Assembly (NCBI GenBank): GCA_046340555.1
Contig: JBKDSL010000006.1
Coordinates: forward strand, 21,480 to 85,479
Direction: 5' to 3'
From: Bacteroidota bacterium
GTDB lineage: Bacteria > Bacteroidota > Bacteroidia > AKYH767-A > OLB10
DNA: 64,000 nt
Shown: positions 9,156 through 17,519 of the stretch, piece after piece
How the letters are laid out: every line of letters begins with the position of its first letter
Numbering within the stretch: the first letter of the stretch is position 1
Translations under genes and position numbers: made by a program
Notes under the pieces: generated by a model
The model's database searches: none
Told to the model about the DNA's origin: nothing
What the model saw: the letters and a program-made list of their open reading frames with translations, nothing else

Positions 9156-11084
9156 TCACCTCTTGCCTGAATGGAATTTTTCCAGCCACATTTGAAGTAC
9201 TATCAACTGCCAAAGTCGGTTGTACATGAATTCAGAACCTGAAAAATAGGCATCGCGGCACGCTTTGACCGCGCTGAATTCCAAAACGCCATATTTATTT
9301 ACCGTATCTTCCGATAGATAATAGTCAATAAGGTATTTCAAGGAGGTTTGCAACCATTTGTTCAGTGGGATGGCAAAGCCTTGTTTGGGTTTGTCAAAAA
9401 GGTGCTTTGGCACATATTGGTATAAAACCTTTTTAAGGATGTATTTTGAAATACCGTTTCTATACTTGAGGTTAGGCGATATGTTTAGTGCCATTTCCAC
9501 TATCCGGTGGTCGAGGTATGGAACCCGAGTTTCTATGGAGTATTTCATACTTGCCCGGTCTACCTTCGTTAGCAAGTCGTCTTGCAGGTAGTTTTCTACA
9601 TCATACAAAGCTTGCAGTTCGATGGCTTTCAGTCGACGCTCTTGAACATCAATACCTCCTTCAGCATCAGTATTAGTAACCAAACGCTTATAGTTGCCTG
9701 AGAAAAAGGCCTCCGACTCAGATATATCCACTTCTGTTTGGTTTTTGAGCAGCCCCGGTATTTCCTTTTCTGCAAACAGGTATTGCTCTTGAGAAAAGAT
9801 GTGGCTTCTGAGACTTCGTGGGTTGTCGTAATCCAAAAGCCTGGAAATTCGTTGGTAGCGGGATGACATTCTTCCCAGGATGTTGCTTGCTGGCTTCCTG
9901 AGTAAATTTATGATTGGATTTGATAATCTGTTGGCCCAAACATAGGAGCCATATCCGAAAAACAATTCATCGCCACCTTCACCTGACAAGGTTACTCTTA
10001 CATATTGACTAGCCAACTTGGATACAAGCATAGTAGGAATACACGACGAATCGGCAAACGGCTCATCATATGTATCTGTGATCGTATCAATCAATTTGAG
10101 CGCATCCTTGTATGAAATGATAAATTCATGGTGTGTAGTTCCTAGAAAGTTGGCAACCGCTTTGGCATACTCCGATTCATTGTGGCTGTTCTCTTCAAAT
10201 CCTATGGAAAAGGTGTTGACCTTGATGCTTGAGAGCATAGTTGCTTGGGCGGAAATCAAGCTTGAATCAATTCCGCCGCTTAGAAACACTCCAAAAGGAA
10301 CGTCACTTTTTAATTGATATTGAACGGAACTGATCATCAAGTCGCTGATCTTCACCATGGCTTGGTCATCACGAACAATGAGATTACTGGAAATTTTATT
10401 GTGAATGCTCCAGTATTTCTTGGTTTCAATACCTGTGGCACTGATTTTCATCATTGTGCCACTATTCATTTTGTAGATATTCTTGTAGATGGAGTAGGGG
10501 GCTGGAACATATCCGAAATGCAGATATCTGTTGATGGCGGCATGGTTTATTTCCAGAGGAATCTGCTCTAGACTTGTAAGGCTCTTAAGTTCTGAAGCAA
10601 ATGCGAAGTTTTTCCCATCCCAATAATAATACAGCGGCTTGATTCCTAGTCGGTCCCGGTAGAGGTAAAGTTCATTTTTACTTCGGTCGTAAATGGCAAA
10701 TGCAAACATGCCATTCAGCTCTTGAACAAAGTCGGGTCCATATTTTGCAAATGCCTCTAAGAGCACTTCAGTATCCGACGATGATTTGAAAGCAAAGTCC
10801 GATGTGCCTTGGGTGATTTTTCCGAACCGTGCTCCGATTTCACGGTAATTGTAAACCTCTCCGTTGTAAACAATCACATATCTATCATTGGCTGAGTACA
10901 TAGGCTGTGAAGCCCTTGTAGAAAGGTCAATGATACTAAGCCTTCGATGTCCAAGAGAACATGGGCCGTCATGGAATTCTCCACCCGAATCCGGACCTCT
11001 GTGCTGCAAACGGTCGGTCATGACCTTTATTTGGTCCTGTCGGAAAAAACCGCTGGTTGAATAATATCCCGCTATGCCACACAT
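9156..11084 (-). CDS. Asparagine synthase (glutamine-hydrolysing) family amidotransferase, AsnB/WbpS-like
   Basis: MCGIAG N-terminal nucleophile of class II glutamine amidotransferases, plus the SGGIDSS PP-loop in the synthetase domain. 642 aa. Confidence 0.85.
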   Translation of the reverse strand: MCGIAGYYSTSGFFRQDQIKVMTDRLQHRGPDSGGEFHDGPCSLGHRRLSIIDLSTRASQPMYSANDRYVIVYNGEVYNYREIGARFGKITQGTSDFAFKSSSDTEVLLEAFAKYGPDFVQELNGMFAFAIYDRSKNELYLYRDRLGIKPLYYYWDGKNFAFASELKSLTSLEQIPLEINHAAINRYLHFGYVPAPYSIYKNIYKMNSGTMMKISATGIETKKYWSIHNKISSNLIVRDDQAMVKISDLMISSVQYQLKSDVPFGVFLSGGIDSSLISAQATMLSSIKVNTFSIGFEENSHNESEYAKAVANFLGTTHHEFIISYKDALKLIDTITDTYDEPFADSSCIPTMLVSKLASQYVRVTLSGEGGDELFFGYGSYVWANRLSNPIINLLRKPASNILGRMSSRYQRISRLLDYDNPRSLRSHIFSQEQYLFAEKEIPGLLKNQTEVDISESEAFFSGNYKRLVTNTDAEGGIDVQERRLKAIELQALYDVENYLQDDLLTKVDRASMKYSIETRVPYLDHRIVEMALNISPNLKYRNGISKYILKKVLYQYVPKHLFDKPKQGFAIPLNKWLQTSLKYLIDYYLSEDTVNKYGVLEFSAVKACRDAYFSGSEFMYNRLWQLIVLQMWLEKFHSGKR

Positions 11085-11245
11085 TAGATGAACTCCTTAT
11101 TTCTTGATTAAATGTAGATTTATCGGCTTAATCGATGCACTATGGTTTCACTTATAAGCAGTGTGCGACTCTATTTAATTGTTAATCAACACGAAAGGTA
11201 TATTATTGCAGTGTTGGAAAATGCTAAATTACACATTAACCTCAT

Positions 11246-12133
11246 TTGGGCACTTTTAGGTTATTTTTGCCAACCAATCGATTTGCCCACCAAATCATGC
11301 CAACGAACAAAGTAATTTACGAAGAAATCAAGCCGTTCTCCAAATTTGGCTTGGGACTAGAGGAACTATGGCGATTTAGAGAGCTCTTTTATTACTACAC
11401 ATTAAGGTACATAAAAGTCCGTTACAAGCAAACTGTCCTCGGTTTCGCATGGGCGGTAATGCAGCCGATGCTGATGATGGTACTTTTCACCTTTTTCTTT
11501 GGGAAAAAGTTGGGGGTGCCTTCCGGTGATTTACCTTATCCGGTGTTTGTATTGACGGGGCTATTACTATGGAACATATTCTCCACCGGACTTACTTCCG
11601 CTAGCAATAGTATTCTGGATAATGCCCATATCATTAAGAAAATATACTTCCCTCGCTTAATAATACCGGTTTCCGCTGTTATGGTTTCGCTGTTTGATTT
11701 CCTGATGGCTTTTATAATTTACATCGTGGTGTTATTGATATATCAAGTTCCTGTTGATATTGTGGCTTTCGTTCCCGCCTTGCTTGCAGCGGTATTAATA
11801 ACCACATTAACTACGCTTGGATTAGGTTCCTTTTTGTCGGCTTTGAACATCAAATTCAGGGATTTCAAATATGTAATTCCTTACTCTGTTCAAGTATTGT
11901 TGTTTTTAACGCCGGTTATTTATCCTGCCAGTATTGTTACAGATGGCTTGGTCAGAGTGGTAATGGCTTTGAATCCATTGACAGGTGCCATTGGTTTGGT
12001 TAGACATGCATTAGGTGGGCCACCTGTTGAAGGGACCATTTTGATGGTAAGCTGCATTTGTTCCGTAGTTTACCTGGTTTTCGGAATGTATTATTTCAAA
12101 AAATCGGAATCTTATTTCGCTGATAACGTCTAG
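11246..12133 (+). CDS. ABC-2 type polysaccharide/O-antigen export permease (Wzm/KpsM/TagG family)
   Basis: ELWRFRELFYYYTLRYIKVRYKQTVLGFAWAVMQP signature followed by six TM segments. The alternative start at 11297 (MPTNK...) gives a more typical 278-aa product. Confidence 0.8.
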   Translation: MGTFRLFLPTNRFAHQIMPTNKVIYEEIKPFSKFGLGLEELWRFRELFYYYTLRYIKVRYKQTVLGFAWAVMQPMLMMVLFTFFFGKKLGVPSGDLPYPVFVLTGLLLWNIFSTGLTSASNSILDNAHIIKKIYFPRLIIPVSAVMVSLFDFLMAFIIYIVVLLIYQVPVDIVAFVPALLAAVLITTLTTLGLGSFLSALNIKFRDFKYVIPYSVQVLLFLTPVIYPASIVTDGLVRVVMALNPLTGAIGLVRHALGGPPVEGTILMVSCICSVVYLVFGMYYFKKSESYFADNV

Positions 12134-12161
12134 TGATTATCTAAATAGCCTGAACCGAACT

Positions 12162-13415
12162 ATGTCAAATTCCTTGCATGAGCCCGTTATCGAGATCGCG
12201 AATGTCTCAAAGATGTTCAACATCCGACATAATGACTCAGGTGGTTATCTTTCGTTACGCGACAAGCTTCTAGGTTTTTATAAGAAGCGCAAATCCAACG
12301 ACGAGGAGTTTTGGGCCTTGCGTGATGTTTCTTTCAGTGTAAAAAGGGGCGAGTCTCTTGCGGTTATAGGCCGAAACGGATCTGGAAAATCGACGCTACT
12401 TAAGATATTGTCCAAAATAACCCCTCCTACAACAGGCAGTATTATCACTCGCGGACGTATGGCAAGTTTATTGGAAGTTGGTACTGGATTTCACCCGGAG
12501 TTGACGGGTTCTGAAAATATCTACTTCAATGGGTCCCTTTTGGGCATGACCAAGGCTGAAATCGATTCCAAGTTCGATGAGATTGTTGATTTCAGCGGGG
12601 TTGAGAAGTTTCTTGACACACCACTAAAATGGTATTCAAGCGGGATGCAATTACGATTGGCCTTTTCTGTTGCTGCATTCCTTGATTCAGAAATCCTGAT
12701 CATAGACGAGGTGCTCGCCGTCGGGGATATCGATTTTCAGAAAAAGTGTTTGGATAAGATGGAGCACGTTACCAAAAGCGGCCGAACCATTTTGTTTGTT
12801 TCCCATAACATGCCTGCTGTTCGTTCATTGTGCAAATCCGTTGTGTTACTGGACAAAGGCGTAGTAAAATACCAAGGCGAAGTCACCGAAGGGATTGATC
12901 GATATATGAGTATCGCAACATCCTGGAACGACTCTCCTGGTACGTATGATTTCACAAAGCATCCAGCAAGAAAGGGCGTATCAACTGGAATCCATACTGC
13001 AAGATTGATGCGTAATGGTAAACCTTCTTATCTTTTCTTTGCCGGGGATCCTTTCCTAGTCGAGTTCGATTACACTGGAGTAAAAGCCTCTAGTGAGTTG
13101 GATGTAACCGTCACCATCAAGGATAGTTATTTCCAGCCCTTGGTTACCATCGGAATTCAAGACCTTGGTAAAAGATTGCAGGATAAAGGCAAGGGCCAGG
13201 GAACTGTTTCATTCATCATGGATCAACTTCCACTGTATGGCGATGGCACTTATTATATGGATGTGAAATTTGTTGAGGAAAATTCTAATCCGGTGTTTTT
13301 TGAAAATGTCATAAGTTTCAAGTTGGAGCCTAAAGATGTTTTCGGAACTGGTAAATTCATCAGCCCACAATTAAACAGTGTTTTTCCCGGCAAAGTGGAC
13401 CTGGTTATTGGTTGA
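12162..13415 (+). CDS. ABC transporter ATP-binding protein (Wzt/TagH family) with a C-terminal glycan-binding extension
   Basis: Walker A GRNGSGKST, signature YSSGMQLRLAF, Walker B ILIIDEVLAVGD, H-loop SHNM. An extra C-terminal beta-rich domain of about 165 aa resembles the Wzt C-terminal domain. Confidence 0.85.
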   Translation: MSNSLHEPVIEIANVSKMFNIRHNDSGGYLSLRDKLLGFYKKRKSNDEEFWALRDVSFSVKRGESLAVIGRNGSGKSTLLKILSKITPPTTGSIITRGRMASLLEVGTGFHPELTGSENIYFNGSLLGMTKAEIDSKFDEIVDFSGVEKFLDTPLKWYSSGMQLRLAFSVAAFLDSEILIIDEVLAVGDIDFQKKCLDKMEHVTKSGRTILFVSHNMPAVRSLCKSVVLLDKGVVKYQGEVTEGIDRYMSIATSWNDSPGTYDFTKHPARKGVSTGIHTARLMRNGKPSYLFFAGDPFLVEFDYTGVKASSELDVTVTIKDSYFQPLVTIGIQDLGKRLQDKGKGQGTVSFIMDQLPLYGDGTYYMDVKFVEENSNPVFFENVISFKLEPKDVFGTGKFISPQLNSVFPGKVDLVIG

Positions 13416-14578
13416 ACCAATACAATCAAATTAATAAAAGAATGGACCGATATCTTGGATTTGAAGATCAACGTCCAGTGGTGGTGGTTACGTCAGACGA
13501 GCCGTGGTGTGACATATGGCATACGCAGATTCACTTTGCGGCTCAACTTTCAAGGTTTTTCAATGTCGTTTTTCTAGGCCCGCCTAAAAAGTGGAGTATA
13601 AGTAATTGTTTCAAGCTTCAAACCGGCGTCAAAGTCATTAATAAAAACTTAATTTCTTTAACTTATTTCAACTGGATGCCTGCCTTCATAGGTAGTATTT
13701 CAGTTTGGATTAACGACTTGGTCAATTGTTTCCTGTTGAAAAGGTCAATTGGGGTAAGGAAAGTAGTAGCCGTATGGCATTTCGACCGATATAGGGGCGT
13801 GTATTTTTACAGAGGTGATAAGTCTACAAAACATATCTATCATGTTATTGATCCCGTAGCCAATTTAAACTACGATAATTATTTGGCTCGAAATGCTGAC
13901 TTGGTGGTTTCAGTAAGCCAACGATTCATGCAACACTATTTGAAGTTGAATTCAAATGTGGTTTTTGAAGGGCAAGGATGGGACGCTGATTCGGTCAAAT
14001 TATCTAAGCCAACTTCAAATAATGGAAATCTTCATAGTGGATCCATTTTATTGTTGGGTTCATTTCTAGATGATGTGGATTATGAATTGTTGATTCAATT
14101 GAGGGAAGAATTGCCTGGGCCGCCGATAGTACTTATCGGACCAGACAAGACCGGTTTGGTTGGGCGTAAAGAGTTGTTCAAACAATTGCTGGGTCTACCC
14201 AATGTTATTTGGTTGGGTGCTCTACCGCCTGAGAAACATATTCCCTATATCGCCTCTTCTAGTGTTTGCCTGATAGCATATGAGCTCACTGGCAAAGTTT
14301 TTAATCGTAAAAGGGTGTTCGGTACGCCTTTGAAAGTGTTATCTTATCTTGGCTGTCATAAAAACGTGGTTAGCAATATCGATTGTGAGATACCTGTTTT
14401 AGAGGGGAAAGTCATCCATTACGAGAAAACGCCTGAAGGATTTATTCTTCGAGTAAAGGAGTGTTTAGAAGGGGAGTTTGTGGTAGATCGCAATTTGATT
14501 GATCAATATCTGGACTATGTGGATTATGGCAAGATCATACGTAGAGTGTTTCAAGTATTAGGGGTTCGAATCGACTGA
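13412..14578 (+). CDS. Putative divergent glycosyltransferase or polysaccharide-modification protein (hypothetical)
   Basis: 4-bp ATGA overlap with the Wzt gene indicates coupling. Only weak GT-B-like features (GxLPPEK...); family not identified. Confidence 0.4.
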   Translation: MNQYNQINKRMDRYLGFEDQRPVVVVTSDEPWCDIWHTQIHFAAQLSRFFNVVFLGPPKKWSISNCFKLQTGVKVINKNLISLTYFNWMPAFIGSISVWINDLVNCFLLKRSIGVRKVVAVWHFDRYRGVYFYRGDKSTKHIYHVIDPVANLNYDNYLARNADLVVSVSQRFMQHYLKLNSNVVFEGQGWDADSVKLSKPTSNNGNLHSGSILLLGSFLDDVDYELLIQLREELPGPPIVLIGPDKTGLVGRKELFKQLLGLPNVIWLGALPPEKHIPYIASSSVCLIAYELTGKVFNRKRVFGTPLKVLSYLGCHKNVVSNIDCEIPVLEGKVIHYEKTPEGFILRVKECLEGEFVVDRNLIDQYLDYVDYGKIIRRVFQVLGVRID

Positions 14579-15727
14579 ATGAAAGCTAAGATTTTAGTCA
14601 TAGTATATAACCTGGATCGTGCTTTGGAGCATGAATGGTTTGTTCAGCTGATGGACCGTACGATTTATGATATCCATTTTGCTTTGATTCGAAAAGGTGA
14701 CGGCTTTTTGGCTGGTTTCTTGGAAAAAGAAGGCATACCGGTTTATCGATTCGGCTATTCAGGTAAAAAAGATTTGCCAATGCTTTCATGGCAATTATTT
14801 AGGTTAATCAAGCGTGAGCGTTTTCAAATCGTACATGCACATTTGTTTGAAGCTTCCATAACAGGGATTTTGGGTGCATGGATGGCAAGAACACCCATTC
14901 GTATAGTTACTCGGCATCATTCGGATTTTCATCACGTCAACAGTCGATTAGCGGTTTTGTTGGATCGGATGGTTAATAAACTAGCTACGCATATTGTTGC
15001 TGTTTCCAAAAATGTGCAGCGAATCCTGATTGATTGGGAGGGAGTCAATACCGAAAAGGTAATTTGTATTCCACATGGTGTTAATTTGTCGACCTTCGGA
15101 CATAAGGCGGTGTCGTCAGAACGAATTGACGCAGTCCGTTCCAAATTGAAAATTGGCTCTGATTTTAAAGTGGTTGGTGTTGTTAGCAGGTTCATTGAGT
15201 GGAAGGGAGTGCAGTACATTATTCAGGCATTCAAAATGTTGCTAAATGCAAAACCGGATACCGTCTTGGTATTGGCAAATGCTTTAGTTCCATTCAAGGA
15301 GGATGTTTTGGAGCTTTTGAAGGAGCTTCCCGTGTCATCTTATCGTTTGGTTGAGTTTGAGAAGGATATACCGGCCCTTTATTTGAATTTTGACTGCTTT
15401 GTACATGTGCCAGTTTCCGCTACTTCGGAAGCTTTCGGTCAAACGTACATTGAGGCATTGGCCTCGGGAATTCCATCAGTCGTTACCATCAGTGGCGTTG
15501 CGTTGGAATACGCTCAAAACCGAGTCAATTGCCTTGTGGTGCCCCATAGGGATGCTGAGGCTGTTTATAAGGCTGTTTGCTCAATTTTTGACAATACAAT
15601 TGATGTGATGGGGATGGTGGAAGAGGGGGGCAAAGTGGCTGAAAAGGGGTATGACTACCGCAAAAAATACGATTCTTTGGATAAACTCTATTCAGATTGT
15701 TTGCGGCATTTGGAGAGCAAAATGTAA
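14579..15727 (+). CDS. Glycosyltransferase family 4 (GT-B, Glycos_transf_1)
   Basis: Motifs VVGVVSRFIEWKGVQYII and EAFGQTYIEALASGIPSVVT (the E-x7-E region). Its start abuts the stop of the previous gene. Confidence 0.8.
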   Translation: MKAKILVIVYNLDRALEHEWFVQLMDRTIYDIHFALIRKGDGFLAGFLEKEGIPVYRFGYSGKKDLPMLSWQLFRLIKRERFQIVHAHLFEASITGILGAWMARTPIRIVTRHHSDFHHVNSRLAVLLDRMVNKLATHIVAVSKNVQRILIDWEGVNTEKVICIPHGVNLSTFGHKAVSSERIDAVRSKLKIGSDFKVVGVVSRFIEWKGVQYIIQAFKMLLNAKPDTVLVLANALVPFKEDVLELLKELPVSSYRLVEFEKDIPALYLNFDCFVHVPVSATSEAFGQTYIEALASGIPSVVTISGVALEYAQNRVNCLVVPHRDAEAVYKAVCSIFDNTIDVMGMVEEGGKVAEKGYDYRKKYDSLDKLYSDCLRHLESKM

Positions 15728-15739
15728 TTTTGAGGGTAA

Positions 15740-16825
15740 ATGTCAGGAGCAGCACAATATGGCCATACAAATGGGAGTCAGCCTTTGGTTTCCGTCCTGA
15801 TGCCGTGTTATAATGCTGAGGCGTTTCTTGTTGAAGCACTGGATTCCATATTGAGTCAAACCTACCGGAATTTGGAGGTTTTATTGATAGACGACGGATC
15901 CAAGGATCAAACGAAGCATATTATTTTGGATTACGCGCAACGAGATTCCCGCATCAAACCTGTTTTTAATGAGTCAAACATGGGATTGATACGCACTTTG
16001 AACAAAGGCTTGGACTTTTCTTCAGGTGAGTATGTTGCCCGTATGGACGCAGATGATGTGTCGCTTCCAAACAGAATCGAAACATTGGTTAATGTTTTAG
16101 AAGGCGACAAGTCCCTTGACCTTGCCTCTGCGGGGTGTTATTCATTGTCTGAATCGGGTCGCAAAATGTCGCGCGTATACCCTAAGGCTTGCACCCCAAT
16201 GGGTTTGAAATTCGTTTGTTTTTTCAGTACTCCTGTGTTGCACCCATGTGTTGTTTTTCGCAGATCATTGATGATTGACGATCGTTTTGATGAGGAATAC
16301 CTGCATTCGGAGGATTATGAGATTTTCAGCAGGTTGCTGCTTAAAGGGAAGCGTTTCGTGAATATTGATGAGCCGTTGTACATGCTTCGCAAAAACTTCC
16401 AAAGTGTTTCTCATAAATTCGAATCCATTCAGATATCGACTCATAATCGAATTTCTTTCAGGAACCTACACGATTATTTTTCCTGTCAATATGATTACTT
16501 CGTTCAACGGGTAATGATAAATCGAATCAACTTCAGCGTTACTCCTGAATTGCTTCGCTGTTCCATAACAAACCTTCGTAAGTTGCGTGATGAGTTTATT
16601 AAACGTGAAAATCCTACAGTAGAGGAGGTTTCTGATATTGACGGCTTTTTGACTGAACAGTTCATAGACGTCCATTTGCAATCACTTAAAAACTCGCATG
16701 GTCTTCTTAAGCTATTCCATATGGTAAGCTGTATAGCCAATGCCCGAGTTTTTCTTACTCTAAGAGGAAGACGTTATATGGGATCCAAAACCTGGATCAA
16801 AAGGAAGCCAAGTCAATCCAGCTGA
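15740..16825 (+). CDS. Glycosyltransferase family 2 (GT-A)
   Basis: VSVLMPCYNAE, LLIDDGSKD and a DADD motif, followed by a C-terminal extension of about 120 aa. Confidence 0.8.
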   Translation: MSGAAQYGHTNGSQPLVSVLMPCYNAEAFLVEALDSILSQTYRNLEVLLIDDGSKDQTKHIILDYAQRDSRIKPVFNESNMGLIRTLNKGLDFSSGEYVARMDADDVSLPNRIETLVNVLEGDKSLDLASAGCYSLSESGRKMSRVYPKACTPMGLKFVCFFSTPVLHPCVVFRRSLMIDDRFDEEYLHSEDYEIFSRLLLKGKRFVNIDEPLYMLRKNFQSVSHKFESIQISTHNRISFRNLHDYFSCQYDYFVQRVMINRINFSVTPELLRCSITNLRKLRDEFIKRENPTVEEVSDIDGFLTEQFIDVHLQSLKNSHGLLKLFHMVSCIANARVFLTLRGRRYMGSKTWIKRKPSQSS

Positions 16826-16827
16826 TC

Positions 16828-17427
16828 ATGTCAAATGTTGAACTGATTTTTTGCAGTGGGAACAGCCATAAGGCTTCGGAAATGCAATTATTGATGCCCC
16901 CATGGCTGCAAGTAAAATCGATGCGAGAAGTTGGCGTTGTTGAGGAAATCATAGAAGACGGATTAACCTTCACCGAAAATGCTTTGATAAAGGCCAGGTA
17001 TGTGGCTCGTAAAACAGGACTTTCGGTTTTCTCTGATGATTCGGGGTTAGTAGTTGATGCGTTAAATGGTGGTCCAGGAATTTTTTCAGCCAGATTCGCT
17101 GGTGAAAACGCCTCCTCCGCTGCAAATGTCCAAAAGCTTTTGAAGGAGCTTAATGATGAAACCAATCGAAAGGCTCATTTTATTTGTGTTATAGTATTGA
17201 TATACAAAGGGAAAGAAGTGGTGTTTGAGGGGAGGGTTGATGGGGTCATCGCACAAGCAGTAGCGGGCGCAGGTGGATTCGGTTATGACCCTGTTTTCAT
17301 CCCTGATGGCAATCATCTAACCTTTGCTGAGCTGGATGCGGCTGTAAAAAATAAGATCAGCCATAGGGCTCAAGCCGTAAAAAAGATGATTGATTGGCTT
17401 GTATTGGCACGGGTTGAAAAAGCATAG
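16828..17427 (+). CDS. rdgB: Non-canonical purine NTP pyrophosphatase (dITP/XTP pyrophosphatase, RdgB/HAM1 family)
   Basis: Starts ELIFCSGNSHKASE; has FSARFAG, GFGYDPVF and C-terminal SHRAQA, the Ham1 family signature. Confidence 0.85.
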   Translation: MSNVELIFCSGNSHKASEMQLLMPPWLQVKSMREVGVVEEIIEDGLTFTENALIKARYVARKTGLSVFSDDSGLVVDALNGGPGIFSARFAGENASSAANVQKLLKELNDETNRKAHFICVIVLIYKGKEVVFEGRVDGVIAQAVAGAGGFGYDPVFIPDGNHLTFAELDAAVKNKISHRAQAVKKMIDWLVLARVEKA

Positions 17428-17519
17428 TATTGGGCGTCGACACCAACGTGTTTATATCTTGAATTTTCAGAGGTGGGCTGGGCCTGTAAACACCTGCTTT
17501 TTGTTAACTTTGTTGCAGG

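Noticed and set aside
9129-9170. Imperfect 8-bp inverted repeat (AGGTGATC...GGTCACCT) between the two convergent genes at 9122 and 9156, considered as a terminator
   Set aside because: It has a large 23-nt loop, a G-U pair and no U-tract. I could not support calling it a terminator.
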